This document shows, one piece after another, positions 1 through 9,448 of a DNA stretch of 64,000 nucleotides. How positions within the stretch are numbered: position 1 is the first letter of the stretch; each line of letters begins with the position of its first letter. The DNA comes from an uncultured Chloroflexia bacterium. GTDB taxonomy: Bacteria > Chloroflexota > Limnocylindria > Limnocylindrales > CSP1-4. The notes below the pieces were generated by a model, which did not search any database, was not told where the DNA came from, and saw nothing but the letters and a program-made list of their open reading frames with translations. The stretch spans positions 830-64,829 of the forward strand of contig CAWJDE010000013.1 in the NCBI GenBank assembly GCA_963841545.1. The letters run 5' to 3'. Position numbers and translations under genes: made by a program.

Positions 1-585
1 AACGAGGTGCGCACGGAGTCGTTCGTGTTCGGGACACGCCTGACCCGGGTCACCCGCCTGATGCGCGACCGCGACCGCGATCGCGCCCTGACCCGGGTCG
101 CCGACACGGTCACCGACTGGGCCGGTGGGACGCGGATCGGGGAGTCGTTCCGCGACTTCAACCACCGCTGGGCCCGCCGGACGCTGCGCACGTCGGGCGT
201 GGTGATCGTGGTCTCGGACGGGTGGGATCGTGGCGACCCCGCGCTGGTGGCCGCCGAGACCGCCCGCCTGCGGCGCAACTGCCACCGGCTGGTGTGGCTC
301 AACCCCCTGGCCTCGACCCCCGGCTACCAGCCGCTGGCGGCCGGCATGAAGGCCGCCTACCCGTTCATCGACGACTTCCTGCCCGCCGGCACCCTGGCGT
401 CCCTCGAGCGGCTGGGCCAGGTCCTCGCCGGCGCCTCGCAGCAGGGATCGTCGCGCCGGGGCACGGCCAGCACCCGGGCGACGAGCGTCGCGCCCTCGCT
501 CGGCCTGTTCGCACCCGAGGCCGAGGTGCCCCGCCCGCTGGACGGGGAGCCGACCGACGCGGCACGGGCCCGCCCCCTGGGCTGA
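1..585 (+). CDS. vWA-domain CoxE-like CO-dehydrogenase accessory protein (5' truncated at window edge)
   Basis: C-terminal vWA/CoxE-like sequence (…VIVVSDGWDRGD…LVWLNPL…GYQP…). Frame is open from nt 1. It is followed by the xdhC and cox structural genes. Confidence 0.65.
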   Translation, partial: NEVRTESFVFGTRLTRVTRLMRDRDRDRALTRVADTVTDWAGGTRIGESFRDFNHRWARRTLRTSGVVIVVSDGWDRGDPALVAAETARLRRNCHRLVWLNPLASTPGYQPLAAGMKAAYPFIDDFLPAGTLASLERLGQVLAGASQQGSSRRGTASTRATSVAPSLGLFAPEAEVPRPLDGEPTDAARARPLG

Positions 586-642
586 CCGTCCCGGACACGG
601 GTGCGGACCGGGTGAAGCCAACGACGCCACGGAGGAGCCGAG

Positions 643-1812
643 ATGCAGGAGCTGCTGGACTCGCTGGACGGCTGGCGCGCCGAGGGCGCCGGCGTCGGAC
701 GGGCGGTCGTGGTGCGCACCTTCGGCAGCGCGCCGCGGCCCGAGGGCGCCGTGCTGCTGGCGACCGACGATGGGCGGATCGCGGGGTCCGTCTCGGGCGG
801 CTGCGTCGAGGGCGCGGCGGCGGAGGAGATCCACGCGTCGAGGGCCACCGGCCGGGATCGGGTGATCCGCTATGGCATCAGCGACGAGCAGGCATGGGAC
901 GTGGGTCTCGCGTGTGGCGGAACGATCGACGTCCTGATCTCGCCCCGCGTGCCCGAAGCCGCGATCGTGGCCGCGCGCGAGACGCACGAGGGCCGGGGCG
1001 ACGGTCGGGCGATCGTGACCCCGCTGCCGCCGGACGCGCCGCCACCCTCGTTCGGCGCGCACCAGCCGGGCGCGGGAGCGCCGCCGGCCGACGTCCTGGT
1101 CGTCCACGACGACGGGCGCCTCGATGGCAGCCTGGGCGATCCGGCGGCGGATGCGGAGCTCGCTGCCGCGGCCTCGGCGTCGCTTGCCAAGGGCGTGTCG
1201 CGGACGGTGGAGATCGCGGGACGCCAGCTGTTCATCGAGTCGTACCCGGTGCGGCCGCGGCTGGTCGTGGTAGGCGCGGTCGAGGTCGCCCGATCGCTGG
1301 TGCGGCTGGCGGCCGAGCTGGGCTACGAGACGGTGGTCATCGACGGCCGTGCGGCGTTCGCGACCGAGGCCCGCTTTCCCGACGTCGACCGGCTCCTGGT
1401 CGGGTGGCCGGACGAGGTCGCGGACGAGATCGGGCTGGGGCCGGCCGATGCGGTCGCCGTCCTGACCCACGACGTCAAGTTCGACGAGCCGGCGATCGTC
1501 GAGGCGCTCCGCCGCGGCTGCCGGTACGTGGGCGCCGTCGGGTCGCGCAAGACCCAGGCGGATCGCCGCGCGCGGCTGCTCGCCGCCGGCGTCGCGGCCG
1601 CCGACCTCGATCGCCTTCGCGGCCCGATCGGGCTCGACCTCGGCGGACGGTTGCCGGCCGAGACGGCGCTCGCGATCATGGCCGAGGTGGTCGCGGAACG
1701 TCGAGCCGGCACGGGGCGCCCGATGCGCGACCTGGCGCGAGCTCGCGAGGCGGCCCCGGGCCCGCCGGCGGCGCCGTCGCAGACGGGCTCGATGGCAGCT
1801 CCGGCCGGATGA
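643..1812 (+). CDS. XdhC/CoxI family molybdoenzyme maturation factor
   Basis: N-terminal XdhC_CoxI domain (GSAPRPEGA…DGRIAGSVSGGCVEG) plus a C-terminal Rossmann-like XdhC_C domain. Stop overlaps the next start (ATGA). Confidence 0.8.
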   Translation: MQELLDSLDGWRAEGAGVGRAVVVRTFGSAPRPEGAVLLATDDGRIAGSVSGGCVEGAAAEEIHASRATGRDRVIRYGISDEQAWDVGLACGGTIDVLISPRVPEAAIVAARETHEGRGDGRAIVTPLPPDAPPPSFGAHQPGAGAPPADVLVVHDDGRLDGSLGDPAADAELAAAASASLAKGVSRTVEIAGRQLFIESYPVRPRLVVVGAVEVARSLVRLAAELGYETVVIDGRAAFATEARFPDVDRLLVGWPDEVADEIGLGPADAVAVLTHDVKFDEPAIVEALRRGCRYVGAVGSRKTQADRRARLLAAGVAAADLDRLRGPIGLDLGGRLPAETALAIMAEVVAERRAGTGRPMRDLARAREAAPGPPAAPSQTGSMAAPAG

Positions 1813-2408
1813 GGGTCGTCGGCGTCGTGCTCGCCGCGGGCGCGAGCTCGCGCTTCGGGTCGCCAAAGCTGCTGGCCGCGCTCGACGGCCGTCCGGTGCT
1901 GCAGCACGTGCTCGACACGCTGGCGGCCGGCGGGCCGCGGGACGTCGTGGTGGTGCTCGGGTCGGATTCCGCCGCGATCGAGGCGCGGGTCAGGTGGCGG
2001 TCCGAGCGTCGCGTCGTGAACCCCCGACCGGGCGACGGCCTGTCCAGCTCGCTCCGGATCGGGCTCGACGCCGCGGCCGAGGATCCGGCGGCCGACGCGG
2101 TGCTGATCGTGCTCGGCGACCAGCCGTTCCTGCGGCCGGACGCCGTGGAGGCAGTGCTCGCGATGGCCGGGTCGACCGACCGGCCGATCGTCCGCGCCCG
2201 CTACCCGGACGACGACGCCCCGAACCCGGTGCTGGTCCGTCGCGCCGCGTGGACGCTGGCGGCGGGAATCAGCGGCGACCGCGGGCTGGGGCCGCTGCTC
2301 GCGGAGCACCCGGGGCTGGTCGCCGAAGCGCCCGCCGCCGGCCGCAACCCCGACGTCGACACGCCCGACGACCTGGCCCGGCTGTCGGGCGTATCGTGGC
2401 CTCGATGA
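1809..2408 (+). CDS. MobA-like nucleotidyltransferase (molybdenum cofactor cytidylyltransferase MocA-like)
   Basis: Motif VVLAAGASSRFGSPKLL is typical of MobA/MocA NTP_transf_3. Its ATG at 1809 overlaps the xdhC stop. The longer track ORF 222..2408 is an out-of-frame composite. Confidence 0.7.
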   Translation: MRVVGVVLAAGASSRFGSPKLLAALDGRPVLQHVLDTLAAGGPRDVVVVLGSDSAAIEARVRWRSERRVVNPRPGDGLSSSLRIGLDAAAEDPAADAVLIVLGDQPFLRPDAVEAVLAMAGSTDRPIVRARYPDDDAPNPVLVRRAAWTLAAGISGDRGLGPLLAEHPGLVAEAPAAGRNPDVDTPDDLARLSGVSWPR

Positions 2409-3262
2409 ACGTACCGGACGCCACCACCGCGCAACGCCTCGAGGCCGCCTGGTCCTCGCGCGTGCTCGCCAACCGCGAGCAGGCCGAGCGCCTTCGCGAG
2501 ACGCAGCTGCCCGACTTCTATGCCCCCGTCACGTCGCAGTTCGTGTCCGATCCCCGCCGGACCGACGAGCCGGCCCTCGACGTCCTGCGCGCCTCGGCCC
2601 GGCCCGATGAGGCCTGGCTGGACATCGGCGCGGGCGCCGGTCGGTACGCGCTGCCGCTCGCGCTGGCCGTGCGCGAGGTCGTGGCCGTCGAGCCGTCGCC
2701 GGGGATGCGCCAGGCGCTGCGCGCGGGCATCGCCGAGCACGGGATCGGCAACCTCCGGGTCGTGGCCGGCGCCTGGCCGGAGGCTGCGGCGCAGCTCGGG
2801 CCGATGCCCGCGGTCGACGTCGCGCTCATCGCCCACGTCGCCTACGACATCGAGCCCATCGAGCCCTTCCTCGACGCGATGGACGCCGCGGTCCGCGAGC
2901 GATGCATCGCGATCCTCACCGATCGCAGCCCGGCATCGGTCGCCGACCCGTTGTGGCCGCTGGTCCATGGCGAGGAGCGCGTGCCGTTGCCCGCGCTGCC
3001 CGAGCTGCTGGAGGTGCTCCTGGCCCGCGGCTGCCGGACCGAGGTGATCCGGGTCGAGCGACCACCGCGGACGTTCGACTCGGTCGACGCGCTCGCCGCC
3101 CTCCTGCGCCGGCAGCTGTTCATCGCCGAAGGTGGCGAGAAGGACCTGCACTTCCGGGCGATCCTGCCCGACCTGATCGCCCCGATCGATGGCGGCTGGA
3201 CGCTGGCCACGCCACCGGCGGGGTCGCTCGGGATCGTGACCTGGGCGCCGCGCCAGGCGTAG
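2405..3262 (+). CDS. class I SAM-dependent methyltransferase
   Basis: Motif-I-like DIGAGAGRYALPLA followed by VVAVEPSPGM. ATG at 2405 overlaps the upstream stop, implying translational coupling. Confidence 0.55.
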   Translation: MNVPDATTAQRLEAAWSSRVLANREQAERLRETQLPDFYAPVTSQFVSDPRRTDEPALDVLRASARPDEAWLDIGAGAGRYALPLALAVREVVAVEPSPGMRQALRAGIAEHGIGNLRVVAGAWPEAAAQLGPMPAVDVALIAHVAYDIEPIEPFLDAMDAAVRERCIAILTDRSPASVADPLWPLVHGEERVPLPALPELLEVLLARGCRTEVIRVERPPRTFDSVDALAALLRRQLFIAEGGEKDLHFRAILPDLIAPIDGGWTLATPPAGSLGIVTWAPRQA

Positions 3263-3513
3263 CTCCGAGCGCGACGGCGGCAGTCCCCACACGGGACACG
3301 ATGTCACTACACGGCGCAACCCCATTGACGCTGTGCCGATCCCACGCCGATACTCGGGACCTCGCAGCTCCCTGGGCGCCCCCGACCCTGCGACCCCTGC
3401 AATCCGGCGGGTGCCCGACCCCGTATGTCAAGGCATCGCCGAGCCCGTCCCACCCGGTGCCGGGCCCGACATCGGTCCCGTGTGATCGACACGGGAAGGA
3501 GGGTTGGCGGCGC

Positions 3514-4386
3514 ATGATCCCCGGTCAGTTCGAGTACGTCCGTCCGGGCTCCCTCGACGAGGCGCTCCGGATCCTGCACGATCGAGAGGGGGAGGCCAAG
3601 GTCCTTTCGGGCGGCTACAGCCTGTTGCCGCTGATCAAGCTCCGCCTGGCCCAGCCGGCCCTGCTGGTCGACATCCAGGCCATCGGGGGCCTCGACGCGA
3701 TCGCACACGCCGACGACGGCTGGCGGATCGGCGCTCGCGCGACGCACCGCCGGATCCACGAGCACGACGCCCTCGCCGCCGCCTGGCCGATCATGCGCGA
3801 GACGGCCGGCGGGATCGGCGATCCGCAGGTGCGCAACTGGGGGACGATCGGCGGCTCGTGCGCCCACGCCGACCCCAGCTCGGACTGGCCGGCCGTGACC
3901 CAGGCGTTGGGCGGCTCGTTCGTGCTGCGCAGCGCCGGCGGTGAGCGCGTGGTGCCGGCCCGCGGCTTCTTCATCGACACGTTCCAGACCGGCATCGAGC
4001 TTGCCGAGATCCTGACCGAGGTGCGGATCCCGCACGCCGCCGCTCGCACCGGCAGCGCCTACGTCAAGCTCGAGCGTCGGGCGGGCGACTTCGCGACGGT
4101 CGGCGCAGCCGCGGTGGTGAGCCTCGCCGCGGACGGCACGGTGGAGCGGGTCGGGATCGGGCTGACGGCCGTCAGCGACGCCCCGTTCGCCGCGACCGAT
4201 GCGGAGGCGGCGCTGGCCGGCGCCGCACCGACCGAGGAGGCGATCCGGGCGGCCGCCTCCGCCGCCGCGGCGCAGTCGCGACCCGTGTCCGACACCCACG
4301 GTCCCGCCGACTACAAGCGGGCCATGGTCCGCGAGATCACGGCCCGGGCGCTGCGCCTGGCCACATCCCGGGCGCAGGGCGCCTGA
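3514..4386 (+). CDS. coxM: CO dehydrogenase medium subunit (FAD-binding, CoxM)
   Basis: FAD_binding_5 / CO_deh_flav_C architecture ([15 protein letters not shown]…GTIGGS). GGAGG RBS lies 8 nt upstream of the ATG at 3514. Confidence 0.85.
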   Translation: MIPGQFEYVRPGSLDEALRILHDREGEAKVLSGGYSLLPLIKLRLAQPALLVDIQAIGGLDAIAHADDGWRIGARATHRRIHEHDALAAAWPIMRETAGGIGDPQVRNWGTIGGSCAHADPSSDWPAVTQALGGSFVLRSAGGERVVPARGFFIDTFQTGIELAEILTEVRIPHAAARTGSAYVKLERRAGDFATVGAAAVVSLAADGTVERVGIGLTAVSDAPFAATDAEAALAGAAPTEEAIRAAASAAAAQSRPVSDTHGPADYKRAMVREITARALRLATSRAQGA

Positions 4387-4399
4387 GCGGAGGCGGACG

Positions 4400-4915
4400 A
4401 TGACAACGACGCACATCTCGGTCACCGTCAACGGACAGGCGCGCGAGGCCGACGTCGAGCCCCGGCTCCTGCTCGTCCACCTCCTGCGCGATGTGTTCGG
4501 CCTGACCGGCACCCACACGGGCTGCGACACGAGCAACTGCGGCGCGTGCACCGTGCACGTCAACGGCGAGAGCGCCAAGTCATGCACGATGCTCGCCGTC
4601 CAGGCCGACGGCGCCGCGATCACCACCATCGAGGGCATGGAGCAGGGCGGCAAGCTCCACCCGCTCCAGCAGGCGTTCTGGGACCAGCACGGCCTCCAGT
4701 GCGGGTTCTGCACCCCCGGCATGATCATGCAGACGAGCTGGCTGCTCGGCCAGAACGCGGATCCAAGCGAGCAGGAGATCCGCGAGGGCATCGCGGGCAA
4801 CCTCTGCCGCTGCACGGGGTACGTGAACATCGTCAAGGCGGTCCAGCAGGCGGCCGCCGAGCTCGGGGCGGCGCAGGGCGAACCAGCGCCCGAAGCCGCC
4901 GCGGCGTCGGCCTGA
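4400..4915 (+). CDS. coxS: CO dehydrogenase small subunit (2Fe-2S, CoxS)
   Basis: Both [2Fe-2S] motifs are present: [11 protein letters not shown] and CGFCTPGM…CRCTGY. Confidence 0.9.
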   Translation: MTTTHISVTVNGQAREADVEPRLLLVHLLRDVFGLTGTHTGCDTSNCGACTVHVNGESAKSCTMLAVQADGAAITTIEGMEQGGKLHPLQQAFWDQHGLQCGFCTPGMIMQTSWLLGQNADPSEQEIREGIAGNLCRCTGYVNIVKAVQQAAAELGAAQGEPAPEAAAASA

Positions 4916-4935
4916 GCGCCGGAAGGAGAGCCACG

Positions 4936-7305
4936 ATGACGGAGGCACAGGCGCCCACCACGACCGCCGAGGTCTCGGGCATGGGCCACTCGATGAAGCG
5001 CAAGGAGGACCCGCGCTTCATCCGCGGCCAGGGCCAGTACATCGAGGACGTCGTCCTGCCGAACATGGTCTGGATGGACATCGTCCGCAGCCCGTACGCG
5101 CACGCGAAGATCAAGTCCATCGACGCCAGCGAGGCCCTCAAGATGCCGGGCGTGCTGGCGGTGATCACCGGGAAGGACCTCGAGAAGGCGGGGCTCCACT
5201 GGATGCCCACGCTCGCCGGCGACAAGCAGATGGTGCTGCCGGTGGACACGGTCATGTACCAGGCCCAGGAGGTCGCCGCGGTCATCGCGGAGACCCGCTA
5301 CCAGGCGGCCGACGCGATCCAGGCGGTGTACGTCGACTACGAGCCGCTGCCGGTCGTGATCGATCCGTTCAAGGCGCTCGAGCCGGACGCACCCGTCCTG
5401 CGCCCTGACCGCGGCCCGGACAAGGCGAACAATCACATCTGGCACTGGGAGTCGGGCGACCAGTCGGCCACCGACGCCGCCCTGGCGGCCTCGGACCGGG
5501 TCGTCCCGATCGACGTCTACATTCCCCGGATCCACGTCTCCTCGATCGAGACCTGCGGCTGCATCGCGGACTGGAATCCCGTCCGCGCCCACCTCGACTT
5601 CCACGTCACGAGCCAGGCGCCCCACGTCTACCGCACGGTCATCAGCCTGGTCTCCGGCATCCCCGAGTCGAGCATCCGCGTCAAGACCCACGACATCGGC
5701 GGCGGGTTCGGGGGCAAGGTGCCCGTCTACCCGGGCTACGTCTGTGCGATCGTCGCGTCGCTCACGCTCGGCCGGCCGGTCAAGTGGATCGAGGACCGCT
5801 CGGAGAACCTGCAGGCGGACTCGTTCGCCCGCGACTACCACGTCCACGCCGAGCTGGGCCTCGACAACGACGGCACGATCAGGGGCCTGCGCGTCAAGAC
5901 GCTCGCCGACCACGGCTACAGCGACGCCGCGGCCGACCCGTCCAAGTTCCCGGCGGGGCTGTTCAACGTGATCACCGGCTCCTACGTCGTCCCGCAGGCG
6001 TTCGTCGAGGTCGATGCCGCCTACACCAACAAGCCGCCCGGTGGCGTCGCCTACCGCTGCAGCTTCCGGGTCACCGAAGCGGTTCACACGATCGAGCGGC
6101 TGGTCGACAAGGCGGCCGGCGAGATCGGGATGGACCCGGCCGAGTTCCGTCTCAAGAACTTCATCCGCAAGGACCAGTTCCCGTACCACACGCCGACCGG
6201 CTGGGACTACGACTCGGGCGACTACCACACCGCGCTGCGCAAGGCGCTCGACCTCATCGGTTACCAGGACCTGCGCAAGGAGCAGGCCGAGAAGCGCGCC
6301 CGCGGCGAGCTCATGGGCATCGGGATCAGCAGCTTCACCGAGATCGTGGGTGCGGGTCCCTCGCACACGTTCGACATCATCGGCATCAAGATGTTCGATT
6401 CGGCCGAGCTCCGGGTGCACCCGACCGGCTCCGCGATCCTGCGCCTGGGCGTCCAGAGCCAGGGGCAGGGCCACGAGACGACGTACGCGCAGATCGTCGC
6501 GGAGGAGCTGGGCATCCCGGCGTCCAAGGTCGTGGTCGAGGAGGGCGACACGGACACCGCGCCGTACGGCCTCGGCACCTACGCGTCGCGGTCCACGCCC
6601 GTCGCCGGGGCCGCGACCGCCGTCGCTGCCCGCAAGATCCGGGAGAAGACCCGGCTGCTGGCGGCGCATCTGCTCGAGTGCTCGCCCGACGACCTCGAGT
6701 GGTCCAACGGCCAGTGGAGCGTCAAGGGCTCGCCCGACCGGGTCAAGACCATCGCCGAGCTCGCGTTCGCCGCGTACACCAACCTGCCCGACGGGATGGA
6801 GGCGGGCCTCGAGGCGGTCGACTACTACGACCCGCCCAACCTGACCTTCCCGTTCGGCAGCTACATCGCGGTCGTCGACATCGACAAGGGCACCGGGCAG
6901 GTCACCGTCCGCCGCTTCGTGGCCGTGGACGACTGCGGCAACATCATCAACCCGATGATCGTGGACGGGCAGATCCACGGCGGCCTGACGATGGGCCTGG
7001 CGCCCTCGCTGTACGAGGAGATCCCGTACGACGAGAACGGCAACAACCTCGCCGGGACGTTCATGGACTACCTGCTGCCGACGGCGGTGGAGACCCCGGC
7101 CTGGGAGACCGCCAAGACGATCACCCCCTCGCCACACCATCCGCTGGGCGCCAAGGGAGTGGGGGAGTCGGCCACCGTCGGTGCACCGCCCGCGATCGCC
7201 AACGCGGTCGTGGACGCCCTGTCGCACCTCGGCGTCACCCACATCGACATCCCGCTCACGCCGCACAAGGTGTGGCAGGTGCTCCACGAGAAGGGCGTGG
7301 CCTGA
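4936..7305 (+). CDS. coxL: CO dehydrogenase large subunit (Mo-Cu, form I, CoxL)
   Basis: Molybdopterin dehydrogenase large-subunit fold. The form-I CODH active-site signature VAYRCSFR is seen directly in the translation. GGAAGGAG RBS upstream. Confidence 0.9.
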   Translation: MTEAQAPTTTAEVSGMGHSMKRKEDPRFIRGQGQYIEDVVLPNMVWMDIVRSPYAHAKIKSIDASEALKMPGVLAVITGKDLEKAGLHWMPTLAGDKQMVLPVDTVMYQAQEVAAVIAETRYQAADAIQAVYVDYEPLPVVIDPFKALEPDAPVLRPDRGPDKANNHIWHWESGDQSATDAALAASDRVVPIDVYIPRIHVSSIETCGCIADWNPVRAHLDFHVTSQAPHVYRTVISLVSGIPESSIRVKTHDIGGGFGGKVPVYPGYVCAIVASLTLGRPVKWIEDRSENLQADSFARDYHVHAELGLDNDGTIRGLRVKTLADHGYSDAAADPSKFPAGLFNVITGSYVVPQAFVEVDAAYTNKPPGGVAYRCSFRVTEAVHTIERLVDKAAGEIGMDPAEFRLKNFIRKDQFPYHTPTGWDYDSGDYHTALRKALDLIGYQDLRKEQAEKRARGELMGIGISSFTEIVGAGPSHTFDIIGIKMFDSAELRVHPTGSAILRLGVQSQGQGHETTYAQIVAEELGIPASKVVVEEGDTDTAPYGLGTYASRSTPVAGAATAVAARKIREKTRLLAAHLLECSPDDLEWSNGQWSVKGSPDRVKTIAELAFAAYTNLPDGMEAGLEAVDYYDPPNLTFPFGSYIAVVDIDKGTGQVTVRRFVAVDDCGNIINPMIVDGQIHGGLTMGLAPSLYEEIPYDENGNNLAGTFMDYLLPTAVETPAWETAKTITPSPHHPLGAKGVGESATVGAPPAIANAVVDALSHLGVTHIDIPLTPHKVWQVLHEKGVA

Positions 7306-7310
7306 TCGCC

Positions 7311-8363
7311 GTGACCGGACGGAGCCTGTTCAGCCGGGTCACCGAGCTCGAAGCCGGCGGCTCGACGTTTGCCATCGCCACCGTGGTGGCGGTCCAGCGC
7401 CCGACCTCGGCCCGGCCGGGCGCCATGGGGATCGTCCACCCGGACGGCACGATCGAGGGCTGGGTCGGCGGCAGCTGCGCCCAGCCCGTGGTCGTCCGCG
7501 AGGCGCTGCGGGCGCTCGTGGACGGCCACCCGCGCCTGCTTCGGCTGTCGAAGGAGGCGCCCGCAGAGGGCCGCCGAGGCGACGGCGTCGTCGAGCTCGT
7601 CATGAGCTGCCATTCGGGCGGCACCCTGGAGATCTACGTGGAGCCGCATCTTCCCGCGCCCTCGCTGTGGCTGGCCGGCACGACGCCCATCGTCGGCGCC
7701 CTGGCCAGTCTCGGCGCCGCCACCGGGTGGCGGGTGTCGGTGTTCGACCCCATCGCCGACGCCGACGCCTTCCCCGACGCCGAGCGGGTGTCCACCCGGA
7801 CCGCGCTCGGTCGCATCGACCCGGAGGTGTCGCCGTACGTCGTGGTCGCCACCCAGGGCGTGTGGGACGAGGAGGCCCTGGCCGCGGCCCTCAAGCGGGA
7901 CGTGGCCTATGTCGGGCTGGTGACGTCGCCAACCCGGGCGCGGGTCATCCGCGCCTGGCTGCGCGAGGAGGCCGGCATCCCCGAGGAGCGGCTCGCGGCG
8001 CTGCGCGCGCCGTGCGGGCTCGACCTGGGCGCCGAGACGCCCGAGGAGATCGCGCTCTCGATCCTGGCCGAGCTGGTCACCGTCCGGCGGGGCCGGGCGG
8101 ACTTCGTGGCCCGTCCCGGGCCGGCCACGCTGGCCGGCGACAGCGCGGATGCGGCCGCGGCCGCCGAGGGTGCCGGGGATGCCGCGGTGGATGACATCGT
8201 CCTGCTCGACCCCGTCTGCGGCATGACCGTCGACCGCGCCCGCGCCCGGCACCTCGCCGAGCACGACGGCGTGGTCTACGCGTTCTGCTCGATGGGCTGC
8301 CGGACCGCGTTCATCCGCGAGCCCGGCGCGTTCGTCCCCGGACCGGCGACCGCGGAAGCCTGA
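7311..8363 (+). CDS. XdhC/CoxF-like maturation factor fused to a C-terminal YHS (TRASH) metal-binding domain
   Basis: N-terminal XdhC domain (LFSRVTELEAGGSTFAIATVV…GSCAQP). C-terminal DPVCGMTVD…YAFCSMGCRTAF matches the YHS consensus. GTG start at 7311 directly follows the coxL stop; the upstream part of track ORF 5784..8363 is antisense noise. Confidence 0.75.
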   Translation: MTGRSLFSRVTELEAGGSTFAIATVVAVQRPTSARPGAMGIVHPDGTIEGWVGGSCAQPVVVREALRALVDGHPRLLRLSKEAPAEGRRGDGVVELVMSCHSGGTLEIYVEPHLPAPSLWLAGTTPIVGALASLGAATGWRVSVFDPIADADAFPDAERVSTRTALGRIDPEVSPYVVVATQGVWDEEALAAALKRDVAYVGLVTSPTRARVIRAWLREEAGIPEERLAALRAPCGLDLGAETPEEIALSILAELVTVRRGRADFVARPGPATLAGDSADAAAAAEGAGDAAVDDIVLLDPVCGMTVDRARARHLAEHDGVVYAFCSMGCRTAFIREPGAFVPGPATAEA

Positions 8364-8440
8364 GATCCTCGGGCGCCCGGCGCGCGCGGGGAGCGTCGCC
8401 GGCGCCGTCGGGGGGCGAGCGGCCATCGAGCGCAGAGGTT

Positions 8441-8890
8441 GTGATGCAGTTCAAGGGCACCGTCCAGATCAGCGCTTCCCGGGACCGCGTATGGGCGTTC
8501 CTCATGGATCCCGACGCGGTCGGCGCGTGCGGCCCGGGCGTCGAGTCGATCGAGGTGATCGACGCCGATCACTTCAAGGCGAAGGCGAAGGTCGGCGTCG
8601 GGTTCATCTCGGCCCGGTTCGTGGTCGACATGACCGTCGCCGAGCGCAACGAGCCCGAGCTCGCGGTGCTCAAGGCCCACGGCCAGGCACCCGGCTCGGC
8701 CGTCGACGCCACGGCGGACATGCGGCTGTCCGGCCCGGTCGAGGGGCCGACGACGATGGACTGGTCCGCGGACGTGGCCATCGCGGGCACGCTGGCCTCG
8801 GTCGGCGCCCGGCTCATCGAGGGCACCGCCAACAAGATGATCGGCCAGACGTTCGACTGCATCCGGACCAGGCTCGAGGCGGCGGGCTGA
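8441..8890 (+). CDS. coxG: CoxG family SRPBCC protein
   Basis: Typical CoxG N-terminus (MQFKGTVQISASRDRVWAFLMDPDAV) and size (149 aa). Confidence 0.8.
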   Translation: MMQFKGTVQISASRDRVWAFLMDPDAVGACGPGVESIEVIDADHFKAKAKVGVGFISARFVVDMTVAERNEPELAVLKAHGQAPGSAVDATADMRLSGPVEGPTTMDWSADVAIAGTLASVGARLIEGTANKMIGQTFDCIRTRLEAAG

Positions 8891-8983
8891 CCCGGGCCGC
8901 CGCGCGGCCGCGGCGGCGGCCTTCCATGCGCCCGGGCGACCGCCCGCCGTGGACCCGCAGGGCTGCGGGCATGGGCCGAGCGG

Positions 8984-9232
8984 CTAGCGGTCGCGGCTGA
9001 CCAGCCAGTGAGACGTGTGCTCCAGCGCCTCCTCGACCGTGCGGACCACCTCGACGTGGGCGTCGAGGAAGCCGGCCGCACGCAGCAGTCGCTGGACCTC
9101 CGCCGCGGCCTTGGGGCCCTCGGGGCAGCACCCCGACCGATCCATCTCGGCGCGCGCATGCTCGAACGCCCGTACGAACGCCGGATCGTCCCACGGGGTG
9201 ATCTTCGCCTTCACGCGGACCGTGGTCGTCAT
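8984..9232 (-). CDS. hypothetical small protein (82 aa)
   Basis: ORF with GGAGGTGA RBS 5 nt before the internal ATG (MTTTVRVKA…). Coding-like GC3. No family recognised. Confidence 0.4.
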   Translation of the reverse strand: MTTTVRVKAKITPWDDPAFVRAFEHARAEMDRSGCCPEGPKAAAEVQRLLRAAGFLDAHVEVVRTVEEALEHTSHWLVSRDR

Positions 9233-9301
9233 GTCGATCACCTCCAGGCGCATTGTGCGCGCGGTCGGGTGTCACCGCGAGAGCCGGACGTCCCGGAACC
9301 G

Positions 9302-9412
9302 GCCGGACCGCGCACCCGTGCGCCGGGCCGTGCGCCCATGCGCCGGACCGTGCGCCCATGCGCCGGATCGTGCGCCCATGCCCTGGACCGTGCGCCCGTG
9401 CGCCGCATCGGC
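9302..9412. repeat. 5-6 tandem copies of a 20-bp direct repeat (consensus gcgccggaccgtgcgcccat) in a divergent intergenic region
   Basis: Seen directly at 9319-9398: gcgccgggccgtgcgcccat / gcgccggaccgtgcgcccat / gcgccggatcgtgcgcccat / gccctggaccgtgcgcccgt, plus degenerate flanking copies. Confidence 0.8.
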
Positions 9413-9448
9413 CCCGTCCGCCCGGCGGCCCCATGAGAGACTGGGTCG

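Noticed and set aside
222-2408. 728-aa plus-strand ORF spanning coxE tail through mocA
   Set aside because: It is an out-of-frame read-through of three real genes. Only its last 199 codons (1809-2408) match a protein family (MobA-like). The upstream part is R/G/P-rich noise.
3307-7287. 1326-aa minus-strand ORF
   Set aside because: It is antisense to coxM-coxS-coxL, which have unambiguous motifs. The translation is low-complexity R/G/D-rich, typical of high-GC antisense frames.
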